Both the position numbers and the translations under genes were made by a program. DNA of 40,502 nucleotides from a virus (lineage: Duplodnaviria; Caudoviricetes), in the IMG/VR virus record IMGVR_UViG_3300040733_000115, positions 1 through 40,502 of that record. One strand, 5' to 3'. The notes under the pieces were generated by a model that saw only the letters and a list, made by a program, of their open reading frames with translations, had not been told where the DNA came from and did not search any database. Of the stretch, positions 7,941 through 16,503 are shown one piece after another; position 1 is the first letter of the stretch, and every line of letters starts with the position of its first letter.

Positions 7941-9242
7941 TTGTCATTCGTTGGCTCAATCAATGAAAAACTGAGGAAGTTCTTTTATACCCACGCCGGC
8001 GTCCTTGCGGACCGCAAATGCTATATAGGCTGTTCCGGGAATTTCACGATCGAGCAGATCATCACCCGTCATTGCGCGAGCGCGGAGATCTACAGCAATG
8101 ATGTTTCCCTTTATTCCTCTGTTATCGGTTATATGCTCGCCCATGGGCGCACCCTTCCTATGGAATTCATAAACCCGGAGCTCTCCTGGGCTAATAAATA
8201 TATTTCTCTTGGTCATGCCGAGGCTGTCGCCACGGTCCTCCTGGTGCTTGAGCTCCTGAAATATGAAAAGCGAAAAAACCCCTATTCAGAAAGAATGTGG
8301 CAGGCGTACCTGGTCAATTTTGATTTGCTCCATGAAAAGACCCTCAAAAGGGTACGGGCTGCAGCAGAGCATATCCATATCAGGGAATATACAATGACGG
8401 ACGTATACGATTATTATCCCCGGCAGGACGGCGTGAGCATCGGATTTTTGCCTACCTATGCTGGCGGGTACGAGAAGCTTTTCGCCCGTCTCGAGGAGTC
8501 CGTAGCGTGGGACAAGCCCGCCTATCTCATGCTGACGGAAGAGCGCCGCGAGGCTACGATAGAGAAGATGACCCATGGCGAATATATCCTTTATGATGAC
8601 CGCGAGCGTGGAGATCTGCCATGCGTCGCCCGCGTCGACCTTTTCGGCAAGCATACCGTTTTCATTTACAGCAACCTCGAATTCGGGCGCGGCCTTTTCC
8701 GGAAGAAGATCAACGAGAAGATCTCGCCGTACAACCTTCTCATGCCCGATGAAGAAATGCCCGCTGCAGGAGTCAGCGTCATCGAGGCGGATCTCCCGAC
8801 GATCAACCATTACCGAAACATGTTCCTGAGCAAAAAGATACAGCCTGGATCCGGGGGCCCTTGTTATCTTGTATTCACCGGCGAGAAGCTTTTTGGCTTT
8901 CTGATCTTCCAGGCATACTCGCAAAAAGGAGGTCCTAAAGACGAGATTTACCTGTTGTCTGACTTTGTGGTCCCGAGCGCGAGGCATCGCCGCCTTGCAA
9001 AGCTCCTGCTCATGGTAACACAGTGTAAGGACATGAAAGAGGTCCTCTCGGAGAAGATCGTCCGGGACTATAAAGGGATCCTCACGACAGCTTTTACAGA
9101 TCAGCCTGTCAGTATGAAATATCGCGGCGTCTATGAGCTCGCTAAAAGAGGGAAGGGTTTTCTCAATTACAGGACGGAATTCAAAGACTTCACTTTCAAG
9201 GAGGTAGTCAGGATATGGATGAAAAAATACGAGAAACGATAA
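7941..9242 (+). CDS. Putative DNA base-modification enzyme: divergent adenine-methyltransferase fold + C-terminal GNAT/Mom-like domain
   Basis: Motif I-like YIGCSGNFTIE, SNDVS, motif IV position FLPTY (not DPPY); C-terminal YLLSDFVVPSARHRRLAKLLL and TTAFTDQPVSMKYRG; TTG start after GGAGG. Confidence 0.6.
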   Translation: MSFVGSINEKLRKFFYTHAGVLADRKCYIGCSGNFTIEQIITRHCASAEIYSNDVSLYSSVIGYMLAHGRTLPMEFINPELSWANKYISLGHAEAVATVLLVLELLKYEKRKNPYSERMWQAYLVNFDLLHEKTLKRVRAAAEHIHIREYTMTDVYDYYPRQDGVSIGFLPTYAGGYEKLFARLEESVAWDKPAYLMLTEERREATIEKMTHGEYILYDDRERGDLPCVARVDLFGKHTVFIYSNLEFGRGLFRKKINEKISPYNLLMPDEEMPAAGVSVIEADLPTINHYRNMFLSKKIQPGSGGPCYLVFTGEKLFGFLIFQAYSQKGGPKDEIYLLSDFVVPSARHRRLAKLLLMVTQCKDMKEVLSEKIVRDYKGILTTAFTDQPVSMKYRGVYELAKRGKGFLNYRTEFKDFTFKEVVRIWMKKYEKR

Positions 9243-9940
9243 ACCAGCTGAACCAGTTTTTACAGAACATGCCTTACAAGATCGATATCGTAAGCCCGCG
9301 CGAGATCCTTCTCCTCGAGAAGAACGCCCGTTATATGTCCCAGGAGATGTTTCAGAACCTTGTAGAAAACATAAAAAAGGACGGCGCCCTTTCTTCGCTT
9401 CCGCTCTGCTATCGTGAAAAGGACGGCCGTCTTATCGTCCTGAGCGGCAATCACAGGGTACAGGCTGCCACTCATGCGGGCCTTCAGGAGATCATGGTGC
9501 TTATCATCGACAAAGAGCTTTCTCGCCAGGAACAGGTAGCGATCCAGCTTTCCCATAACGCCATCGAAGGAAAAGACGACCCGGTCATATTGAGAGAGCT
9601 CTGGTCAGAAATAGAAATTATCGACCTCAAGGTGTATGCCGGCCTTGATAGCGAGCTGGTCCGTGAGCTGGAAAAGATGGAGTTTGCCTCAATCGTGGAG
9701 GCCCGCCCAGACTATAAACACTTGATGCTGCTCTTTTTACCGGAAGAGGCTGAGCAGATCCGGAAGACCCTCGAGGAGATCGATCTGCTATTTTCCGGTG
9801 ACGAGAACTACATCCTTTCAAGGAAGAACTACGACGACGTCTTCCGCCTCCTGGTCGACATAAAGGACAAGTACAACATCATCAACAACCCGACCGCCTT
9901 CATGAAGATCGTGGAGCTGGCAAAGGCAAATTTAGATTAA
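9215..9940 (+). CDS. ParB/Srx-fold protein, probable partner of the modification enzyme
   Basis: KNARYM..LVENIKKDG..P..VLSGNHRVQAA ParB N-terminal signature; overlaps the upstream gene. Confidence 0.8.
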   Translation: MDEKIRETINQLNQFLQNMPYKIDIVSPREILLLEKNARYMSQEMFQNLVENIKKDGALSSLPLCYREKDGRLIVLSGNHRVQAATHAGLQEIMVLIIDKELSRQEQVAIQLSHNAIEGKDDPVILRELWSEIEIIDLKVYAGLDSELVRELEKMEFASIVEARPDYKHLMLLFLPEEAEQIRKTLEEIDLLFSGDENYILSRKNYDDVFRLLVDIKDKYNIINNPTAFMKIVELAKANLD

Positions 9941-9973
9941 AAAATTATTTCTAAACTTCAATATTATTTTACA

Positions 9974-10002
9974 TTGCGATTTTTATGGAGCAACGGTATG
10001 AT
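9974..10002 (+). promoter_or_regulatory. Putative sigma70 promoter for the RM cassette
   Basis: TTGCGA-N17-TATGAT in AT-rich intergenic DNA. Confidence 0.5.
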
Positions 10003-10064
10003 ATTTAAAAATAGGAAATTACCAAGGGTATTATCAGATCCCATAAGCGCCGTTTGTGAATTGA

Positions 10065-11171
10065 ATGACCGTGAAAGAGAAGAACCGCAACCTGCATCAA
10101 GCGAAAAGCTCGAAGAAGGACGAGTTCTACACCCAACTCGCCGACATTGAGCGAGAGTTGAAGCACTACAAACAGCACTTCAAGGGCAAGGCGGTGTATT
10201 GCAACTGTGACGATCCGCGTGTGAGCAATTTCTTCCACTATTTCTCATACAACTTCGAGAAACTGGGTCTCAAGAAGCTCATCGCCACCTGCTACAAGAA
10301 CCAGGACATGGATCTGTTTAGCAGGAACGACTCTGAACAGGCCATTTACCTCGAATATGAAGGGGACAAAAGCGGAAACAATGTCCCCGACCCCGAGGAA
10401 ATAGGCATTATGCACCTGAAGGGTGACGGCGACTTCCGGAGCGATGAAACGATCGAACTCTTGAAACAAGCCGACATTGTAGTGACAAATCCGCCCTTTT
10501 CGCTGTTTCGCGAGTATCTCGCTCAACTGATCGAATACGACAAACAATTCCTGATTATCGGAAACGTAAACGCGATTACTTACAAGGAAGTCTTTTATCT
10601 GATAAAGGATAATAAACTGTGGCTTGGTCCAAGCATACGAAGCGGCGACAGGGAATTTGGCGTCCCTGATGATTATCCACTAACCGCAGCGGGATATAGG
10701 ATTGATGATCAAGGCAAGAAATACATTCGCGTCAAGGGTGTCCGCTGGTTTACTAATCTGGACTACAAAGAACGTCACGAGGATATGATTCTCTACAAAA
10801 TCTATAGCCCAGAGGAATATCCGACTTACGACAACCATGATGCTATCGAAGTCAGTAAGACAAAAGATATTCCATCAGATTACGACGGTGTGATGGGCGT
10901 GCCGATTACTTTTCTGGATAAGCATAATCCTGCCCAGTTTGAGATCGTCGGGATTACTAAGACATGGTTTGGTGCGGCGACAAAGACTTATCCACCCCAA
11001 ACACAAGTAAGCGTAAATGGTCAGAAAAGCATTGTGACAAAACTGAACGACGGGGCCACGCTGAAGATATGCTCACCTCCGCATGGGCAAACATATTACA
11101 TGGTCAGAAAGAGCTACTACGTTCAACTGTATGCCCGTCTACTTATCAGACGAAAGAGGGAGAGTAAATGA
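10065..11171 (+). CDS. Adenine-specific DNA methyltransferase, EcoRI family
   Basis: KDEFYT, YCNCDDP, GDGDFRS, VTNPPFSLFRE, GVMGVPITF motifs. Confidence 0.9.
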   Translation: MTVKEKNRNLHQAKSSKKDEFYTQLADIERELKHYKQHFKGKAVYCNCDDPRVSNFFHYFSYNFEKLGLKKLIATCYKNQDMDLFSRNDSEQAIYLEYEGDKSGNNVPDPEEIGIMHLKGDGDFRSDETIELLKQADIVVTNPPFSLFREYLAQLIEYDKQFLIIGNVNAITYKEVFYLIKDNKLWLGPSIRSGDREFGVPDDYPLTAAGYRIDDQGKKYIRVKGVRWFTNLDYKERHEDMILYKIYSPEEYPTYDNHDAIEVSKTKDIPSDYDGVMGVPITFLDKHNPAQFEIVGITKTWFGAATKTYPPQTQVSVNGQKSIVTKLNDGATLKICSPPHGQTYYMVRKSYYVQLYARLLIRRKRESK

Positions 11172-12268
11172 AGATCGAACTCAAGGAGATCACCGTCCGT
11201 GAACTGACCGACTGTTATGAGGACAACGCTGAAGGGGGCGTTGTCGGTTACGGTGGTAAATTAGATATTCGCCCACCCTTTCAACGGGAATTCATCTACA
11301 AGGACAAGCAGCGCGATGCCGTCATTGACACCATCACCAAGGATTTCCCGCTGAACGTAATGTACTGGGCGGTGCGTGAGGATGGCAATTTTGAGGTCAT
11401 CGACGGGCAGCAGCGCACTATCTCGGTTTGTCAATATGTCGAGGGCGATTTTTCGGTAAAGGTCGGCAATTTTCCCGAAAAGAGGGCGTTCCACAACCTG
11501 CAAAACGACGAGCAAGAGCAAATCCTGAATTACAAGCTCATGGTCTACTTTTGTAACGGCGCGGATAGCGAAAAGCTCGAATGGTTCAAGACCATCAACA
11601 TTGCGGGCGAGAAACTGGCTGAACAGGAACTTAGAAATGCCGTGTACTCCGGTCCGTGGGTGACAGATGCAAAGCGGTATTTCAGCAAAACTCATTGTCC
11701 CGCTTACGGATTAGGCGGTGACTATCTGAACGGCACGGCCATCCGCCAAGACTACCTTGAAACGGTGATCAAGTGGATCAGCAAGGACGACATTGAGGGC
11801 TACATGGCGACAAACCAGCGCAAGTCCAATGCCAACAGCCTGTGGCTGTACTTTCAGTCAGTTATGGCTTGGGTTCAGGCCACCTTCCCGACGTACCGCA
11901 AAGAGATGAAGGGCCTCGAGTGGGGCGAACTCTACAACGCGTTCAAGAATCAGGAATATGACCCGAAGAAGCTCGAAGCCAAGATTTCAAGGCTCATGGA
12001 AGATGAGGACGTTACCAACAAGAAGGGCATTTACTCCTACGTGCTGGACGGGAAAGAAAAACACCTGAATATCCGGGCTTTCAGCAACAACCAGAAGCGG
12101 GAGGCCTATGAACGACAGAAAGGCGTTTGCCCTGTCTGCAAAGAGCATTTCGAGATTGAAGAAATGGAAGGAGACCACATAACGCCTTGGCACGAAGGCG
12201 GGAGAACAAGTGGCGAGAATTGTCAGATGCTCTGTAAAGAAGACAACAGAAGAAAATCGGGGAAATGA
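11168..12268 (+). CDS. DUF262 (GmrSD-like) + C-terminal HNH endonuclease
   Basis: RPPFQREF, VIDGQQR, FKTIN DUF262 motifs; CPVC..EGDHITPW..GG..NCQMLC..N HNH; ATGA-coupled to the MTase. Confidence 0.88.
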   Translation: MKIELKEITVRELTDCYEDNAEGGVVGYGGKLDIRPPFQREFIYKDKQRDAVIDTITKDFPLNVMYWAVREDGNFEVIDGQQRTISVCQYVEGDFSVKVGNFPEKRAFHNLQNDEQEQILNYKLMVYFCNGADSEKLEWFKTINIAGEKLAEQELRNAVYSGPWVTDAKRYFSKTHCPAYGLGGDYLNGTAIRQDYLETVIKWISKDDIEGYMATNQRKSNANSLWLYFQSVMAWVQATFPTYRKEMKGLEWGELYNAFKNQEYDPKKLEAKISRLMEDEDVTNKKGIYSYVLDGKEKHLNIRAFSNNQKREAYERQKGVCPVCKEHFEIEEMEGDHITPWHEGGRTSGENCQMLCKEDNRRKSGK

Positions 12269-12401
12269 AAAGGGTCTAAACATCTCTCCCCTATAAAATT
12301 TTTCATACCCGCCATTTAAGCGTATTTTTACGTATCGCAACGATCAGCCATCTTTAAACCTTAAAACATTCATAAGTCATTGATATTAAAGGTTATTTTT
12401 G

Positions 12402-12430
12402 TTGACAAAATATATATTGTGAATTAATAT
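12402..12430 (+). promoter_or_regulatory. Sigma70 promoter of the accessory operon, with an IHF-like site upstream at 12373-12385
   Basis: TTGACA-N17-TAATAT; TAAGTCATTGATA is the reverse complement of WATCAANNNNTTR. Confidence 0.6.
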
Positions 12431-12475
12431 TATACTATAACATATTGAAATTATTGGTAAATAAAGGAGGCGCAT

Positions 12476-12625
12476 ATGAGTAAAACAATCGAGTATGAGG
12501 ATCAGAAATATACTGCAACAAACTTAGAAGATGGAACCGTACAGATTATGGATTCCGAGGGTCTTGCAGTTATATGCCTTTCCATCGAAGATTTTATAGC
12601 CGAGCTAAACGGCTGTGAATGTTAG
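12476..12625 (+). CDS. Small acidic protein (49 aa; absent from the ORF track)
   Basis: AAGGAGG RBS; MSKTIEYEDQKYTATNLEDG...NGCEC*. Confidence 0.7.
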   Translation: MSKTIEYEDQKYTATNLEDGTVQIMDSEGLAVICLSIEDFIAELNGCEC

Positions 12626-12670
12626 AAAGGAGGTGATGACGTGATACGGGCAAAAAAGGAGGTGATGACG
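12626..12670 (+). repeat. 16-bp direct repeat AAAGGAGGTGATGACG x2 (extended Shine-Dalgarno)
   Basis: Copies at 12626-12641 and 12655-12670. Confidence 0.85.
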
Positions 12671-12679
12671 AACTGAAAT

Positions 12680-12748
12680 TTAAAGCCCCTCTGTCTGCGG
12701 ACACAGGCATGAGGGGCGAACCAAAAACACCACGGAGGTATTTAAGGC
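12680..12748 (-). ncRNA. Putative antisense sRNA covering the RBS of the 12749 gene
   Basis: Minus-strand TG-n-TATAAT at 12763-12755; ends in hairpin 12685-12717 followed by UUU on the minus strand. Confidence 0.5.
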
Positions 12749-13159
12749 ATGGAAATTATAACACAGAACACAGGAACCCCACAAGCAACAAAAGAACCGC
12801 AAAACACACCGAGCTTAAAAGCCGAGCTGGCACACTTCACGGGAACGTCCGGGTGGTATCGGTATAGTCTTTTCTCAGCCTTACTGACAGACGGTACTCT
12901 TTATCTCGCAGAAAAGGCCGGTGCATATTGGCTGATGGATCTTATAGCCAGCTACCGCCGTAAGCTCCAGGGAGAACCCTTCCAGGTATGGGACCTGAAA
13001 GTATCAGACCATGAGGGCATAGTTACCTGCGAAGACGGGAACAGCAACAAGCTCGTGGAGCAAAAGATCAAATATACGGACTTCCCACTACCTGAGATAA
13101 AGCTTTATGCAGTTTTGGACAGCGGGCGCACAATCATCCTGCTGCCTTCGGAATATTAG
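12749..13159 (+). CDS. DUF6876-like protein
   Basis: FTGT..WYR..LTDG..YLAEKAGAYWLMDLI..FQVW..YTDFPL..LLPSEY pattern. Confidence 0.65.
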   Translation: MEIITQNTGTPQATKEPQNTPSLKAELAHFTGTSGWYRYSLFSALLTDGTLYLAEKAGAYWLMDLIASYRRKLQGEPFQVWDLKVSDHEGIVTCEDGNSNKLVEQKIKYTDFPLPEIKLYAVLDSGRTIILLPSEY

Positions 13160-13168
13160 GAGGCCGGC

Positions 13169-13399
13169 ATGAAAGAAGCTACCCTGAGCCAGTACCGGCA
13201 GTTATCACATTCACTATCGGCACGCGAAAAGCTCCAGGTCGAAATACATCTGAAAAACGACCGGGTTCTTGCCGCGCTTTATGACCCCTTCTTTAATACT
13301 GTCACTATCGGGGGAATCACCATTCCTGCGGCAGAGCTTTCCTTCTGGACAAAGCTCTGCTGGGGATCGAAACCAAAAAAGATCACAAAAAAACTTTAA
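13169..13399 (+). CDS. Hypothetical protein
   Basis: AGGAGG RBS, within operon. Confidence 0.65.
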   Translation: MKEATLSQYRQLSHSLSAREKLQVEIHLKNDRVLAALYDPFFNTVTIGGITIPAAELSFWTKLCWGSKPKKITKKL

Positions 13400-13409
13400 G
13401 GAGGCACTC

Positions 13410-13667
13410 ATGGCATTTGACGAAAAGAAAGATAAGAGGATTCTGGAAGTAAAGAACGAGGAAACCGGTCTTTGGTTATCGCTTTGCAGTTACGACGGAG
13501 GCGAGCCGAAGGTACAGATCGGACCCCGAGAGATCGAGAAGAAGAACGGCGAAACCATGTACATCAAGGCGGGCCGCCTGAGCCTGGACGAATTCGAGTG
13601 GTCGATCAGCGTCTATTCCACTCAGTTCAAAAAGATTGCGCCCCTAAGCGCGAAAGCGGGAGGTTGA
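13410..13667 (+). CDS. PC4/YdbC-like ssDNA-binding protein
   Basis: LSLCSYDGGEPKVQI..R....G...KAGRLSLDE pattern; AAGGAGG RBS, ATG at 13410. Confidence 0.55.
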   Translation: MAFDEKKDKRILEVKNEETGLWLSLCSYDGGEPKVQIGPREIEKKNGETMYIKAGRLSLDEFEWSISVYSTQFKKIAPLSAKAGG

Positions 13668-13670
13668 TCC

Positions 13671-14297
13671 ATGGGAAACGTAACGGCACTGAAAAAGAAG
13701 AAGGAAGAGTTCAGCCTTGACGATATCCTTTCATCGGCACAGACCACAAAGGAGAAATCATCATCGACAAAGGTCCCGATACTCACAGTATCAAAAGAGA
13801 CCCAGGAGAAAGTCTCGCGCATCCGGGAGCTGAAAGACCAGCTTGACAGCCTCACGAGTGAATTTGAGGTTGTCTCTGCGGAAGTTATAGAGGAGATAGA
13901 TTCTCTCCGCATGGACGTTCTTAAAAAACAGGGATACAGTTCTTCGGTTAAAGTCCCGGATTCAAAGGGAATGAGCATTATGCTCTCCTGGAGCGCGAAC
14001 TATTCCAAGGTCCCTATCGACAATAAAGACGCCCTCAAACTTATCGCGAAGGACCGTTTTGAAGGCTTCTTCGGCACGGAGATAGTCATCAAGGTAAAGG
14101 ATGTCAGCGAGGAATCTCTTAAAGAGCTTGTATCTACAGTCGGCCCCGAGCAGTTCGCAAGGTTCTTTGAAGTAGAACGATGGATAAAACCGACGAAGCG
14201 GTACACGGAAGAATTCGTCACTGCCTTCACGGATGCCGAGAGAGAAAAGCTCTCCGCGATCGTGAAGCAGTACAAACCGAGCATCAAGGTGAAGTGA
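13671..14297 (+). CDS. Hypothetical protein with N-terminal coiled coil
   Basis: GGAGG RBS; within operon. Confidence 0.75.
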   Translation: MGNVTALKKKKEEFSLDDILSSAQTTKEKSSSTKVPILTVSKETQEKVSRIRELKDQLDSLTSEFEVVSAEVIEEIDSLRMDVLKKQGYSSSVKVPDSKGMSIMLSWSANYSKVPIDNKDALKLIAKDRFEGFFGTEIVIKVKDVSEESLKELVSTVGPEQFARFFEVERWIKPTKRYTEEFVTAFTDAEREKLSAIVKQYKPSIKVK

Positions 14298-14887
14298 TGA
14301 GGTACTATTACCCCTGCAAGCCAAATGAGATCAGCGCAAATAGCCGCTATTTCGAACAACTCGACAATGATGTCCGGTGGATTGCGGAGGTTAAAAAGAA
14401 CGGCTGGCGGTGCCTCGCCGATAAAGAGGCCGGCAGCTTCGTTCTCTGGACCAGGCACAAGACGTTTATCGTGGATCCGTTAAAAGATCTGCGGTCGGCA
14501 CTTTTGTCAATGCTCCCGAATAATACGCGCATCGACGGCGAGCTGATCAACAACAGGACGAAGGACGTCAAAGGCATCTATTATGTCTTTGACATTCTCG
14601 TCTACAAGGGAGAAACACTGTTTAACCTTCCTCTGCGCGAAAGGAGGGAGATTCTGGAAGGGGCTATCAAGCCCCTTCCATTCATCGAATTAGCACAGCA
14701 GTTCACGACCGGGAAAAAAGAGCTTTACTCGAAAGCGATCCTTAACGAGGTCAATGAGGGAATCGTCATGAAAAAGCTCGACAGCCGGTATCTTGCATCA
14801 CAGACGCGTTGTCCGCAAAACCCTTACTGGCTAAAGGTAAAAAGGCCAGAAAAACACATCTATACTAAAAAAGGAGGAACCACATGA
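14297..14887 (+). CDS. ATP-dependent ligase-family nucleotidyltransferase (adenylation domain only)
   Basis: Motif I EVKKNGWR, III IDGEL, IIIa YVFDIL, IV EGIVMK, V WLKVK; ends about 14 aa after motif V; TGATG overlap. Confidence 0.85.
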   Translation: MRYYYPCKPNEISANSRYFEQLDNDVRWIAEVKKNGWRCLADKEAGSFVLWTRHKTFIVDPLKDLRSALLSMLPNNTRIDGELINNRTKDVKGIYYVFDILVYKGETLFNLPLRERREILEGAIKPLPFIELAQQFTTGKKELYSKAILNEVNEGIVMKKLDSRYLASQTRCPQNPYWLKVKRPEKHIYTKKGGTT

Positions 14888-16086
14888 AAACAATAGTAAG
14901 GATTGAAAACGTAGGAACGGAGGTCATTTTAGGCAGGTGCACGGTGAGAGAAGCTATGTCTATCCTGGGTCTCGATCATCGCGAATGGAAAACACACAAG
15001 ATAAAAGAGGATGAAAAGAAGGTCGAGTATCAGCTGACACAGAAACCCGCGCCATTCGTCCCGAAGAAGATTTCCGTATCCCGCAGGGAGATAGAGGACG
15101 CCCTCAAGGTCGCTGCGGATTTTACAGCGACAGGTCCCCTGCCTCTTCTCCAGAGTGTGCGCATCACAACGGCGGGGACATCACTCACGATCTGCGCGAC
15201 CGATCTTGAGCGGAGCTGGTGCAAGACCATCCCCGTTGCCGGCGATGCAGTCGATATATGTGTACCCTTGAAACTCCTTTATTCGGAGATCAAGGCGCTC
15301 CACAGCAATATCACCATTGTTGAAATTGAACGATCGGAAAAGGCGATATCGGTTAATGGCCGCTGCCAGCTTAACGTATCAAGCGCCGAGGAATTCCCTG
15401 AATTTCCCGTTGTGGGCGGCGAAGCGGTCTCTATTCATGAGCTGGACCTTAAACTGAAAAAGGTCATACCCGCTGTCTCGAAGGATGAAACGCGGTACAC
15501 CCTCACCGGCGTCTTCTTTGATTTTGAAAAAGGGAAGCTCGTGGCCACGGATGGTTTCCGGCTCCATTATGAAGAGATTGAAGCAGCGCCGCTCAAGGGC
15601 GTTATCGTCCCGCGCAAGACCGCCGCACTCATCGTTAAGTATCCCGGGACGGAAGAGATAAATGTCAGTGAGAAGCACATATCATGCAGGTTTAAAGGCG
15701 GCGAGATGGTATCGCGCCTGATCGACGGGCAGTTTGCGGAATATGCCAGCGTCCTTGAAGGTGCGAGCCCGGGCAATACCTTTGAGTTCGATTCAAAGGA
15801 GTTCTTCAAGGTCCTCCAGGGCGCTATACCTGTTGCAGACTCCAAGGCGATAATTCTCACTGTCAACGGCGCCCTGCAGATCGAGACGAGCAACGAAAAC
15901 GGTACATATAAGTGGCAGATCCCCTGCAAGTCCATGAAGCCCACCACTATCAGGTACAATTTTGCATTTCTCGCCGATGCGATCAACGCGTACGCCGGAG
16001 ACGGAAACGTGGTTATCGGCTTTCCAGATACCTACGGCGCGACGATCGTCAACGGTAAGGCCCTCGTGATGCCGGTAAGGATTTAG
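14884..16086 (+). CDS. dnaN: DNA polymerase III beta sliding clamp homologue with about 60-aa N-terminal extension
   Basis: ATDLE, AEEFP, DETRYTLTGV, VATDGFRL, VIVPRK, SRLIDGQF, LVMPVR motifs. Confidence 0.9.
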   Translation: MKTIVRIENVGTEVILGRCTVREAMSILGLDHREWKTHKIKEDEKKVEYQLTQKPAPFVPKKISVSRREIEDALKVAADFTATGPLPLLQSVRITTAGTSLTICATDLERSWCKTIPVAGDAVDICVPLKLLYSEIKALHSNITIVEIERSEKAISVNGRCQLNVSSAEEFPEFPVVGGEAVSIHELDLKLKKVIPAVSKDETRYTLTGVFFDFEKGKLVATDGFRLHYEEIEAAPLKGVIVPRKTAALIVKYPGTEEINVSEKHISCRFKGGEMVSRLIDGQFAEYASVLEGASPGNTFEFDSKEFFKVLQGAIPVADSKAIILTVNGALQIETSNENGTYKWQIPCKSMKPTTIRYNFAFLADAINAYAGDGNVVIGFPDTYGATIVNGKALVMPVRI

Positions 16087-16095
16087 GGGGCTCTA

Positions 16096-16503
16096 ATGAT
16101 TTACTCCATAGGATACGAAAAGATCACGCTCCCGGACCTCAAAAGGGTCATGAAACAATACCATATCGGCCTGGTCATAGACGTGCGCTCGATACCCTAT
16201 GCCCGCGTCGCCAAGCAGGAGTTTAACAGGAACAAGCTTGCCGAACACTTCGGCCCTCGCTATGAATGGAAGGGGAATATCCTGGGCGGGAAAACAGGCC
16301 CCGCCCTTGAGGCCGGCATAGAATACCTGATGAGGCAGAACGGGAAAAAATCCAATATCCTTCTCTGTGTTGAAAACGACCCGAAGAGGTGCCACCGTTT
16401 TTATGACATCTCCGTCAGGCTTCTTGAAAGAGGGATCGAGATAATCCACATCTACGACGGCAGGGCGGTCAGTACAACAGAGTTGAAAAAGGAGGCCATA
16501 TAA
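16096..16503 (+). CDS. DUF488 family protein
   Basis: IYSIGY..VIDVRSIP..LGG..LLCVE.DP.RCHR. Confidence 0.85.
   Translation: MIYSIGYEKITLPDLKRVMKQYHIGLVIDVRSIPYARVAKQEFNRNKLAEHFGPRYEWKGNILGGKTGPALEAGIEYLMRQNGKKSNILLCVENDPKRCHRFYDISVRLLERGIEIIHIYDGRAVSTTELKKEAI

Noticed and set aside
8612-8621. GATCTGCCA as a fourth late-promoter box
   Set aside because: Only the 9-bp core matches, it is inside a CDS, and TTTCAC-N7-TGRTA is absent
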